Below are positions 31,397-40,357 of a DNA stretch of 64,000 nt, piece after piece. Source of the DNA: Alphaproteobacteria bacterium (lineage in GTDB: Bacteria > Pseudomonadota > Alphaproteobacteria > SP197). Made by a program: the position numbers and the translations under genes. Under the pieces are notes generated by a model that saw only the letters and a program-made list of their open reading frames with translations, did no database searches and was not told the DNA's origin. The stretch is taken from assembly GCA_964291265.2 (NCBI GenBank), contig OZ219747.1, positions 1,504,001 to 1,568,000 on the forward strand, written 5' to 3'. Position 1 is the stretch's first letter. Each line of letters opens with the position of its first letter.

Positions 31397-32463
31397 GCCA
31401 GCCTCCTGGCGAGATGGCGCCGGAACTCCCACAGGGTCACCTCCCTGGGGCACAAGGATCCCGGTCCGTGGTGATCACTCCTGAGGTTGCGGGCGATCGA
31501 CTCGACGTTTCGCCTGACTTCGGGATTCACGACATTGAATGTTCTCTTCATGTCGTCCCGGAAGGCGGCATATCCGGCGTCATCCGCCGGGACCACGGAT
31601 CGTGCCGTGGTCCCGTCCCACGGCGCCCCGGCGTGATCGACATCCTCGGGTTGCCATGACATCCAGTATCCGCGCTGCAGGTTGGTGGAGGCCACGTCAC
31701 CCGGGTAGATGTGCATGAGGGGAAAGCGTCGGTGGGCCTGGTCGCTGGCATCCGGCCGGGTGAGGTCCATCCAGTGGGTGATCCGGTCCGCTTCTCCCGG
31801 TTCACAGTGCACGCCCGGGGTCGGGGGGCAGGGCTGCAGGGTCTCCCGGTGACTGGAGAAGAGGTGATAGCTCTCCGTGATGTTCTCTGCAGGAGTCGTC
31901 CAGTTGCAGGCCCTGACCTCGTTGGCGCGCAACACCATGGCCTGGTCTGCCGGGTACCATGGGGTGATCCGTGACGACAGCAGTGTCACGTTGGCATCGA
32001 GCGTGACGTAGATCCACCCCTCCCGGAGGTCCTTGTGCACCTGCGGCGGCGCGATGGACCAAGGACCGGCCCTGTCACCGCTGAACGGCGCCCCAGGCAG
32101 GGTGCCTGTGAGATCATGGGGCCAGGCGTGGCAGGGACAGACGATTCGTTCGGCGTCACCGCACCCTTCGAGAAGTTCGGTGCCGCGATGGCGGCAGAAG
32201 TTGACCAGGGCCGTGAGGGAGCTGGCCCGCTGGTGGATCACAGCCACGGGCGTGTCGACGATGCGGTGGGTGATGCAGTCGCCGACCTCGGGGATCTCGT
32301 TCAGGCGGCCGACGCAGACCCAGTCTCCGAGGAACAGCCGACGGGTCTTCAGGGGAGCGAAGTCTGGATTGACACAGGCCCCACGGGACAATGTCACGGC
32401 ATCTGCAACGGACCGTGCGGCAGTGCTGGCGACAGACGTCGGAAGGTCGTCGATTCCGGGCAT
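31393..32463 (-). CDS. Rieske aromatic-ring-hydroxylating oxygenase alpha subunit, possibly decaying
   Basis: CRHRG...CPCHAW Rieske ligands and ENITESYHLFSSH; several conserved residues altered. Confidence 0.7.
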   Translation of the reverse strand: MPGIDDLPTSVASTAARSVADAVTLSRGACVNPDFAPLKTRRLFLGDWVCVGRLNEIPEVGDCITHRIVDTPVAVIHQRASSLTALVNFCRHRGTELLEGCGDAERIVCPCHAWPHDLTGTLPGAPFSGDRAGPWSIAPPQVHKDLREGWIYVTLDANVTLLSSRITPWYPADQAMVLRANEVRACNWTTPAENITESYHLFSSHRETLQPCPPTPGVHCEPGEADRITHWMDLTRPDASDQAHRRFPLMHIYPGDVASTNLQRGYWMSWQPEDVDHAGAPWDGTTARSVVPADDAGYAAFRDDMKRTFNVVNPEVRRNVESIARNLRSDHHGPGSLCPREVTLWEFRRHLARRLA

Positions 32464-32485
32464 GAAGGCGCGCCTCCGACGGCTG

Positions 32486-33154
32486 TCACGTCTCCTTCAC
32501 AAGCACAACGTGAAGGTGTCGCGGCCCGTGCACACCGGTCTGGATGATCTGCTCGATGTCACCGGTACGACTGACGCCGGTGATCATGTTGACGGTACGG
32601 GGCAGGGACCCTGCCGAGGCATGACCGGAGGCTCTCAGCCGGTCCCAGACATCCTCGGCGGCGCTGACTATATCGCTTTCCTTCAGGACGGCAATATGCG
32701 TCTCCGGCAGGAAGTTCATCGTCGACGGGCTGTCGGGGCCCGAGATCATGATGAGCGTGCCCGTTTCGGCGACCGCGCAGAAGACCCGGTTAACCCCGCA
32801 GTGATCGCTGTCGACGGGCTTGCGCCGTTCGGCGGTGATGGTCATCGCCGCCCAGTTCATGGCTTCGAGATCGTCATGGGGGGCGACGGCCACATGTGCC
32901 GGAAGATTGCGCTGGCGCAGGTAGCGGGACACTTCCCACGGCACGCCTTCGAGGCCCGTCACGCGCACCACGCTCGCCTGGACAGCCTCGGCCTTCTTGA
33001 TGAACGTGTTGATGAGATCGACATCTGAAGTCAGGGCGCACTCGGGTTGCAGATTGCGCCGGTGCTCCCTGAGCCGCGCCGCTGCGTCGCGTTCCCGGCC
33101 GGCCGGCCGGGTCTCTCGGATGCGCGACAGGATGAACCGTCGGGCGTCGCTCAT
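32486..33154 (-). CDS. lutC: Lactate utilization protein C (LUD domain)
   Basis: AVAETGT, LPETHIAV, MITGVSRTGDIEQ...GVHGP. Confidence 0.88.
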   Translation of the reverse strand: MSDARRFILSRIRETRPAGRERDAAARLREHRRNLQPECALTSDVDLINTFIKKAEAVQASVVRVTGLEGVPWEVSRYLRQRNLPAHVAVAPHDDLEAMNWAAMTITAERRKPVDSDHCGVNRVFCAVAETGTLIMISGPDSPSTMNFLPETHIAVLKESDIVSAAEDVWDRLRASGHASAGSLPRTVNMITGVSRTGDIEQIIQTGVHGPRHLHVVLVKET

Positions 33155-34575
33155 GGACGTTCCCCTGCCTTCCACCGGCTCTGGAAGGTGGCGCCGGCAG
33201 GGCTCGCGAGATTCCTTGTCCGTGTCCATGCACGCGTGAAGGGCAGATGCGGGAGGTGTCCCCGGCGACGTCCCATGGCGGCGAGGAAGCGCGTCGTCAG
33301 CGACGTGAGGGGGCGATAGAGCCATGGCCGGGAAGCGATCACGGACCACATCTGAAGTCCGGTGCGCATGACCGGCGGCGATGCGCCGCGCCGTGCCTCC
33401 TCGTCGCGCAGGCGGCGCAGGATACCGGGCAAGGGGATCCTCATCGGGCAGACTTCCTCGCAGCGTCCACACAAGGACGAGGCGTTGGGCAGGTGCGAGG
33501 TGTTTGCGAGCCCGGCGAGAGACGGTGTCAGCGCAGCGCCGATCGGACCGGAGTAGGGAGAGCCGTAGGCATGCCCGCCAACCCTGGCATAGACCGGGCA
33601 GGCATTGAGACAGCACCCGCAACGGATACAGCGCAGGAGATCACGATTCGGCCCGCCGATGAGGTCCGAGCGCCCGTTGTCGACCAGGACGACATGAAAG
33701 GCCTCGGGACCGTCATGGTCCGCGTGGCGCCGGGGTCCGGCGGAGAGGGTCGTGTAGGACGTCATGTCCTGGCCGGTCGCCGACCGGGCAAGAAGGCGCA
33801 ACAGGGTGGAGGTGTCCTCAAGAGTGGGGACGATCTTCTCGATCCCGGCCAGCACCACATGGACACCTGAGAGAAGTTGCGTGAGGTCTCCGTTGCCCTC
33901 GTTGGTCACGATCACCGTCTGGCCGGTTTCGGCGATGAGGAAATTGGCGCCGGTGATGCCGACATCGGCCGCCATGAAGCGGCCGCGCAGCATCTGTCTC
34001 GCATCGGCGAGAAGGCCGTCGAGGTCCTCGGATTCTCGGTCGGGCAAGTCCTTGTGATGGTGGTTGAAGAGGGCGCTGATCTGGCGGCGGTTCTTGTGAA
34101 TGGCGGGGGCGATGATGTGGCTGGGAGTCTCGCCGGCCAGCTGCACGATGTACTCGCCCAGATCGGTCTCCACCGCCTCGATGCCGGCCTGTTCGAGCCA
34201 GGCGTTGAGACCGATTTCCTCGCTCACCATGGTCTTTCCCTTGGTGACCGTCGATGCTCCGGCAGCGCGGCAGATCTGCAGCACGATCCGGCGCGCCTCG
34301 GCGTCGTCACGCGCCCAGTGGACATGGCCCCCCGAAGCCTCGACGGCCTCCTCGAAGGCGACGAGATAGGTGTCGAGGTGATCCAGGACGTGGTTCTTGA
34401 TGCCGACCGCCTCGTCGACAAGGGCGTCGAACTCCGGCAACGAGTCCCGGGCCCTTGCCCGTCGTGCCAGGAAATTGTCCCTGAGCCTGGAGAGATTGGC
34501 CTGCAGCTCGGAATCCGCGAGGGCCTCATCGGCGCCTTCGCGAAACCGCTCGCTTGCAAGCCGGTGGAGCGTCAC
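33151..34575 (-). CDS. lutB: Lactate utilization Fe-S protein B
   Basis: ETDLGEYIVQL, PSHIIAPAIH, CIRCGCCLNACP, SSLCGRCEEVCP. Confidence 0.93.
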   Translation of the reverse strand: MTLHRLASERFREGADEALADSELQANLSRLRDNFLARRARARDSLPEFDALVDEAVGIKNHVLDHLDTYLVAFEEAVEASGGHVHWARDDAEARRIVLQICRAAGASTVTKGKTMVSEEIGLNAWLEQAGIEAVETDLGEYIVQLAGETPSHIIAPAIHKNRRQISALFNHHHKDLPDRESEDLDGLLADARQMLRGRFMAADVGITGANFLIAETGQTVIVTNEGNGDLTQLLSGVHVVLAGIEKIVPTLEDTSTLLRLLARSATGQDMTSYTTLSAGPRRHADHDGPEAFHVVLVDNGRSDLIGGPNRDLLRCIRCGCCLNACPVYARVGGHAYGSPYSGPIGAALTPSLAGLANTSHLPNASSLCGRCEEVCPMRIPLPGILRRLRDEEARRGASPPVMRTGLQMWSVIASRPWLYRPLTSLTTRFLAAMGRRRGHLPHLPFTRAWTRTRNLASPAGATFQSRWKAGERP

Positions 34576-35333
34576 GGTTCCGCCTCGCCGATGGCCGGTC
34601 CTGTCGCGTCATCGGCCAGTACCTCGGCGACATGCCGTGCCTTCATGGGCGAACCCTGGCGCCGCAGAATCCCGGCAATGTTGAGCAGGCAGCCGAGATC
34701 GGCCGAGAGAACCGTGTCGGCGCCGGTTTCCTCGAGCCGCGCGGCCTTGTCCTGCGCCATGGCGGTGGAGATGGCTGGATACTTGACGCAGAAGGTGCCA
34801 CCGAATCCGCAACACACCTCCCGGTCCTTCGCCTCCTTGAGGAGCGTGCCCTCGACGGCTCCGAGCAGGACCCTCGGGGCTTGTCTGGCGCCCGCCTCGC
34901 GCAGGCACGAGCATGAATCGTGCCAGGTGATCGTTCCTTCGAAGCGGCTTCCTGTCGTCGTGGCGCCCCGGACCTCGACGAGAAAGCGGGTGAGCTCGAT
35001 GGTTCGCGAGGCAAGGGCGCGGGCGCGCCCCTCGTCACGAGTGCCCTCGAACAGGGTGGGGTAGTGCCGTGCCACCATCCCGGTGCACGAGCCCGAGGGC
35101 GCCACCACGTAGTCATACCCCTCCAGGGAATCGAGCATGGTCCGGGCGACCTTCTTGGCAAGGTGCCGCTCGCCGGAATTGTAGGCCGGCTGTCCGCAGC
35201 ACGACTGCACCGGGACCTCGACATCGCACCCGGCGCCCTCGAGCAGGCGCACCGCGGCAAATCCGACCGATGGACGGAAGAGATCGACGAGACAGGTGAC
35301 GAGAAGCGCCACCCGCGGGCGGGTCGGCGTCAT
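34572..35333 (-). CDS. lutA: Lactate utilization Fe-S protein A (CCG domains)
   Basis: TCLVDLF, CCGQPAYNSG, HDSCS, CCGFGGTF. Confidence 0.92.
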   Translation of the reverse strand: MTPTRPRVALLVTCLVDLFRPSVGFAAVRLLEGAGCDVEVPVQSCCGQPAYNSGERHLAKKVARTMLDSLEGYDYVVAPSGSCTGMVARHYPTLFEGTRDEGRARALASRTIELTRFLVEVRGATTTGSRFEGTITWHDSCSCLREAGARQAPRVLLGAVEGTLLKEAKDREVCCGFGGTFCVKYPAISTAMAQDKAARLEETGADTVLSADLGCLLNIAGILRRQGSPMKARHVAEVLADDATGPAIGEAEP

Positions 35334-36427
35334 GGTTCGGCAGAGGCCATGAGCGAGACCGCAATGGTCGTCGGCAGCAGGATCCAGGAGCGCCCGGGTG
35401 CTTTCATGGCGCCGGCCATCCGTGCGGCCCACTCGCCGGCGCCGAAGAAGATGTCGCCGCGCACCGCGCCGGTGATGGCGCTGCCGGTGTCCTGGGCGAT
35501 CATGAGGCGCTGCCACGGGGCGCCGTCGGGCAGCGTTGTCTCCAGCCAGACAGGCACTCCGTAGGCGAAGAAGGCATCATCCACGGCGAGACTGCGCCCC
35601 GGCGTCAGAGGTACGCCCTGGGCTCCCACCGGTCCCTCGCCCTCGAGTTCGCGGAAGAAGACATAGCTGCGGTTGACGGCCATCAGGCCGGCTGCCTCGT
35701 CCGGATGGGAGGCAAGCCAGGCCCGGATCGACGCCATGGACATGTCATCGGCCGCGATCTCGCCGCGCCGGATGAGTTCCTTGCCGATCGAGGTATAGGG
35801 GTATCCGTTGCCGCCGGCATACCCGAGACGGACCTCGCTGCCGTCTTCGAGGCGCACCCGGCCGCTTCCCTGGACATGTAGGAAGAAGGCATCGACGGGG
35901 TCGTCGACCCAGAGAAGCTCGAGACTCAGGCCGTCAAGGGCGCCGGCATCGATGGCGGCGCGGTCAGGGAGTGGTGACAGGCCGTCCGGCATCCGGTAGA
36001 CCGGCCAGCGCCAGGGTCCGGCCCTTGTCCTGGAACCCGCGAGGAGGGGTTCGAAGTACCCGGTGAAGAGACTGCCACCGATCCCGGTGATGCGCCAGGG
36101 CCGGAACCAGGCCTCGAAGAAGGCCCTGGCGTCGTTGCCGGAGGTGTTGCGGGCCAGCCGGCATCGTTCCTGCCACAGCGGCACGGTGGCCATGGCTGGC
36201 ATGCGACCAAGCGAGGTGTCGGGATCCTGCCCTTCGATGGCCTCGCAGGATCTCACAAAGGCGGCCAGGGCCTCTGCGTGGTCGTCCTCGTCCCAGCCCG
36301 GGATCTCGGCAAATCGCGCATCCTCGAGGGCGAAGGCCGGAAGGCGGTTTCCTCCGTGACCACACCCGTTGACGGCGAGCATGAGGCCGATGAGCGCCGG
36401 GACGGCCAGCCGGCGGAAGCCCGACAC
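35330..36427 (-). CDS. mltA: Membrane-bound lytic murein transglycosylase A (lipoprotein)
   Basis: LAVNGC lipobox-like, FTGYFEP, LHVQGSG, NRSYVFF, AQDTGSAI; start approximate. Confidence 0.9.
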   Translation of the reverse strand: MSGFRRLAVPALIGLMLAVNGCGHGGNRLPAFALEDARFAEIPGWDEDDHAEALAAFVRSCEAIEGQDPDTSLGRMPAMATVPLWQERCRLARNTSGNDARAFFEAWFRPWRITGIGGSLFTGYFEPLLAGSRTRAGPWRWPVYRMPDGLSPLPDRAAIDAGALDGLSLELLWVDDPVDAFFLHVQGSGRVRLEDGSEVRLGYAGGNGYPYTSIGKELIRRGEIAADDMSMASIRAWLASHPDEAAGLMAVNRSYVFFRELEGEGPVGAQGVPLTPGRSLAVDDAFFAYGVPVWLETTLPDGAPWQRLMIAQDTGSAITGAVRGDIFFGAGEWAARMAGAMKAPGRSWILLPTTIAVSLMASAEP

Positions 36428-36428
36428 G

Positions 36429-37094
36429 TCAGGCGGGGCTGCGGGTGGCGACCAGCAGCCAGTTGGGATCGCGTGCACGGGTGTCGCGGCAGAAGGTCCA
36501 GATATCCGTCACCTCGATGGCGTTCGTCGGGTCTCCGGCGATGATCCGGTTCTCGCCGTCCTTCACCACGTCGATCTGGTTGGAGCGAAAGCGCACCGTG
36601 ATGCTCGCCTGGTGGCCGCTCATGACGGCTTCGATGGCCTCGCAGTCGACGATGGCCACCAGTTCGATCTGCCTCGTCGTGCCGTGCTGGTCGCGGTTCG
36701 CGATGGCCTGGCTGAAACTGCGATGGACCTCGTCGTCGAGGAACGCCCGGACAGGCTCGAGGTCGCCCGCGTGGAATGCATCGAGGATCATGCCGAAGGC
36801 CTGGCGCGCTCCGGCGTGAAACTCGTCCACCTTGAAGCCGCGATCGACGCGCCCGATCCTGTCGAGGCCCCGGGCCACCGGATCTTCCGGACCGTCCGCC
36901 CTGCCGTCTTCGTTTTCCTCGCGCCTGAAGGGAAGTACGGTTCCCTGATCATCGTTGTCGGCGACCGGACCGGGCCTCGGCGCTGGCGGCGGCTGTTCGT
37001 TTCCGGTCCGCCGCCCGAGGACATTGAACAGTTTGAAGAAGATCACTGCCGCCAGCACGGCGAAGATCAGAATGTCCACGAGTCCGCCCGCCAC
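36429..37094 (-). CDS. Tim44/TimA-like protein
   Basis: N-terminal TM then VLGRRTG, DIWTFCRD...DPNWLLVAT. Confidence 0.85.
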   Translation of the reverse strand: MAGGLVDILIFAVLAAVIFFKLFNVLGRRTGNEQPPPAPRPGPVADNDDQGTVLPFRREENEDGRADGPEDPVARGLDRIGRVDRGFKVDEFHAGARQAFGMILDAFHAGDLEPVRAFLDDEVHRSFSQAIANRDQHGTTRQIELVAIVDCEAIEAVMSGHQASITVRFRSNQIDVVKDGENRIIAGDPTNAIEVTDIWTFCRDTRARDPNWLLVATRSPA

Positions 37095-37203
37095 ATCGAA
37101 TCGTCGTCCGGCAGCATGCACGACGCCGCCTCTCCCGCAATCTAGTCCCTTGCCGCGCCGGGGTCGAGTCGCCTGTGGCGCAACCGGGCCAACATCCCTA
37201 TAG

Positions 37204-37653
37204 ATGAGCGCCATGCCCGTCCTTCTTCTCGCCCTCTCCATCGGCCTCCCCCTCGTCGAGGTGTGGCTGCTCGTCGAGGTCGGCGGTTTCGTCGGCGCCT
37301 GGTGGACGGTGGCGTCCTGTGTCGCGACGGCCGTTGCCGGAGCGGCCATCGTGCGCCGCCAGGGCCGCTCGACTCTCGAAAGGCTGTACTCCAAGCTGCG
37401 TCAGGGCGGGTTGCCGCTCGGCGACATGTTCGCCGGCGCTTGCATACTCGTCGCCGGCGTGTTGCTCCTGGTCCCGGGTTTCTTCAGCGATGCGGCGGGG
37501 TTCCTGCTCCTCCTGCCCCCGTTCCGCGGCATCCTCTTTCTCGCTTTCGGACGCTACATCGACGCCGCGCAGTCCCGTCACGGCGGCCACACCATCGAAG
37601 CCGAGTGGGAGTCCCTCGATGAGCCCCCGAACGGCCGTCTCGACCGTCCCTGA
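37204..37653 (+). CDS. fxsA: FxsA family membrane protein
   Basis: PLVEVWLL, RRQG, GVLLLVPGFFSDAAG; divergent from tim44. Confidence 0.88.
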   Translation: MSAMPVLLLALSIGLPLVEVWLLVEVGGFVGAWWTVASCVATAVAGAAIVRRQGRSTLERLYSKLRQGGLPLGDMFAGACILVAGVLLLVPGFFSDAAGFLLLLPPFRGILFLAFGRYIDAAQSRHGGHTIEAEWESLDEPPNGRLDRP

Positions 37654-38177
37654 ACTCCACGGCCCGGGAACGACGCGGCGTCTCCGGTTGGCCGCGACCC
37701 TTGCGGATGACGAAGCGAGGGATCCCGGACCCGCCCAGCCCATGACGTACAGGGGCCAACCATCAGCTGTTCGTCTCCGTCATTGGCCGCCAACGTGTTG
37801 GGATGAGCCGTCGCTGATGGGGAGCGAACGACGATGTCTGGCGCGGGAGCCGTCTGTGGTGCCGATCTCGAAGGAGGACAGAGAGTCGTTGCGACGGCCA
37901 GCTCATCCATGCCCGCACGGACACGCGGGCCGAACTCTCATGGAACCTCATCATTTCCGAAGCGCCTGGATTTGTGCACGCTCCCGGAATAATCGGCAGG
38001 TTGACGGCCTGAACAACCAAGCCCACGAAATGTAGTGCCTGGCAGGCCTCCTTGCCATCGCCACATGCCAGGCAAGAACTGCACCGGGTCAACCGGAAAC
38101 ATCGGAAACAATCGACTTCCTGGCGGGTGCGAGGTATCTCCCGCGGGGGAAATCAGGTCGGAACGTCTGAAACTCCT

Positions 38178-39110
38178 ATGAAAGGTCCTCTCTGCATCGA
38201 GCCAAGGCAGCATGGCTCCGCACTCCGCCGCGCTTGGGGAGGCCGCTTGCGAACGTATCGGCCGAAACTGACCGGCGGCGAACCGCGCTTCCATGCGATC
38301 CGCAAGGCCTTGGTCCGGGGGGAGCTTGTCCTGAACGGCTTCAACCGCTGGCGGCTCCTGCCGGCGACCAGCCCCGCGACCGGCTGGACCTTCGTGGAGG
38401 CGGGGAGGACGGAGGACGCAGGCAACACCGAAATCGGCATCGTCCGGCGCGAGATCGATACGCTGCGCATCGTCACAATGGACGAATCGACCGCCGAGGA
38501 GGTGGCAATGCGGCTTGAGGAAGAGGACGAGCGTTCACATCTCCTTGTCGCGCGACGGGACTGGGGCCAGCATCCTGCGCCCTGTCCGGCATTCCGGCGT
38601 GTTGTTGCATCTGCGAGAAGGCGCGGAATGGTGGTGCACGTCATCGCGGCCTTCGGAACCGAGGTATGCGTCGACGACGAGCTGTTCCGCGAGGCGCGGC
38701 AACGTTGGCGATTCGATAGAGAAACACTGTACCGGCCGCCACCACGGAGCTCGAGCATTGAACGACGATTCGGCGAGATGCTGGTCGCCGCTGGGTTCGA
38801 TCCGATCCCTCAGCATCCGGTAGCCCGCTACTTCCTGGACTTCTCCGTTGTCGGTCATGCGGACGGACTTCCCGTCAGGCTGGACATTGAGGTCGACGGG
38901 CGGCGCTGGCACGAGGAATTGCCGGGTCGCTACCGGGTCGAAGACGAGCGCCGAGATCGAATTCTGAAGTTGCTCGGATGGAGGCCCGTACGATTCTGGA
39001 CCGACGAGATCGAGCAGGACGAAGCGGGATCCATCGAACGAGTCCGCAGGGAAGCGGCGTCGGCGATGCCGCCCGCATCACGGAACACCATCATGGAGGA
39101 GGAGCCATGA
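38178..39110 (+). CDS. DUF559/Vsr-like endonuclease with an uncharacterised N-terminal domain (start uncertain, ORF open from 38052)
   Basis: SSIERRF, QHPVARYFLDF, IEVDGRRWH, DERRD..L..LGWRPVRFW; ATGA overlap with next gene. Confidence 0.8.
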   Translation: MKGPLCIEPRQHGSALRRAWGGRLRTYRPKLTGGEPRFHAIRKALVRGELVLNGFNRWRLLPATSPATGWTFVEAGRTEDAGNTEIGIVRREIDTLRIVTMDESTAEEVAMRLEEEDERSHLLVARRDWGQHPAPCPAFRRVVASARRRGMVVHVIAAFGTEVCVDDELFREARQRWRFDRETLYRPPPRSSSIERRFGEMLVAAGFDPIPQHPVARYFLDFSVVGHADGLPVRLDIEVDGRRWHEELPGRYRVEDERRDRILKLLGWRPVRFWTDEIEQDEAGSIERVRREAASAMPPASRNTIMEEEP

Positions 39111-40357
39111 CGACATCGGAGCCGACCCGCCGACAACGTCGCACAACGGGACTCTCGGTTGCGCTGCTCGCACTTGCGACCGTGGCGCTCGCGATCGCGT
39201 TCTCGGCAGTTGGCCAGGAGATTCTGACACTGCCGGACAGCCGGCAGGAGGCGGCAGAGATTGCTGCACGTCTGCCCGTGCTGCGGGCGGATCGGGATGC
39301 GCTGCTTGACGAGGTCGCGGCGCACAAGGCCGAGCTGTCGAGCCTGCGAACGAGGGTCGAAGAAGCTCGCGACATTGCTGGCAGGTTGCCGGACCTGCGC
39401 GCCGAGGAAACCAGAGCACGTGCCGAACGTGATCGCCTGACCAGGGAGGTGTCAGCCCTCGTCGCCGATCGGGATTCGCTGCGTGGAACGGTCGATCAGC
39501 TTGTTGAGCGGAGAAGGGGCTTCGAGGACGAGCACCAGAATCTCGTCGATAGATCCAAGGCGGATCGGGATGCGCTGCTTGACGAGGTCGCGGCGCACAA
39601 GGCCGAGCTGTCGAGCCTGCGAACGAGGGTCGAAGAAGCTCGCGACATTGCTGGCAGGTTGCCGGACCTGCGCGCCGAGGAAACCAGAGCACGTGCCGAA
39701 CGTGATCGCCTGACCAGGGAGGTGTCAGCCCTCGTCGCCGATCGGGATTCGCTGCGTGGAACGGTCGATCAGCTTGTTGAGCGGAGAAGGGGCTTCGAGG
39801 ACGAGCACCAGAATCTCGTCGATAGATCCGAGGCGGAACGGAAACGCTTGGATGAGGTTCGGCAGGCAGTCGGTGAAGGGCGAGCGTCCCTCACGCAGAT
39901 CAGGGACGAGCACGCCGCGCAGACCCAGAAACTCGCCCAGCTCATGACTGACCTCGCGGATACGGACCGGCTGCTCGAATCCAAGCGTGCGGAACTCAAG
40001 AGCCTTACCATCGAGGAGCAGGACTTGCGCACTCGAGTTGCGCGACTGCAGGAGGAAGGGGAGAAGCTTGAGATCGGGAACCAGCAGGCGGCGGATCAGT
40101 CGGCCACCCTTCACGAAGAACTTGCCAAGACACGCACCGCACTGACGACGATACAGGGACAACGCGACCAGGCCAGGGACGAGCTGGCCAGAGCCAGGGC
40201 GATGCGGGATGTCGAGCAAGCCAATCTGGAGACGGTGTCCATCCGGCTCCAGCATCTGACAAGCCTCGAAGCTCGGGCACAGCAGCAACTCCGCGCCATG
40301 ATTGAGGATCTGAGCGCAGTGGAACAGACCCGCACCGAATCGGAGTCGTCACAGTGA
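39107..40357 (+). CDS. Long coiled-coil protein with an N-terminal membrane anchor
   Basis: GGAGGAG RBS; hydrophobic LSVALLALATVALAIAFSAV then L/E/R/A heptads to the end. Confidence 0.85.
   Translation: MTTSEPTRRQRRTTGLSVALLALATVALAIAFSAVGQEILTLPDSRQEAAEIAARLPVLRADRDALLDEVAAHKAELSSLRTRVEEARDIAGRLPDLRAEETRARAERDRLTREVSALVADRDSLRGTVDQLVERRRGFEDEHQNLVDRSKADRDALLDEVAAHKAELSSLRTRVEEARDIAGRLPDLRAEETRARAERDRLTREVSALVADRDSLRGTVDQLVERRRGFEDEHQNLVDRSEAERKRLDEVRQAVGEGRASLTQIRDEHAAQTQKLAQLMTDLADTDRLLESKRAELKSLTIEEQDLRTRVARLQEEGEKLEIGNQQAADQSATLHEELAKTRTALTTIQGQRDQARDELARARAMRDVEQANLETVSIRLQHLTSLEARAQQQLRAMIEDLSAVEQTRTESESSQ
39286..39831 (+). repeat. In-frame 273-bp (91-aa) tandem duplication
   Basis: 39286-39558 and 39559-39831 are identical except one base near the unit end. 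Confidence 0.95.
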
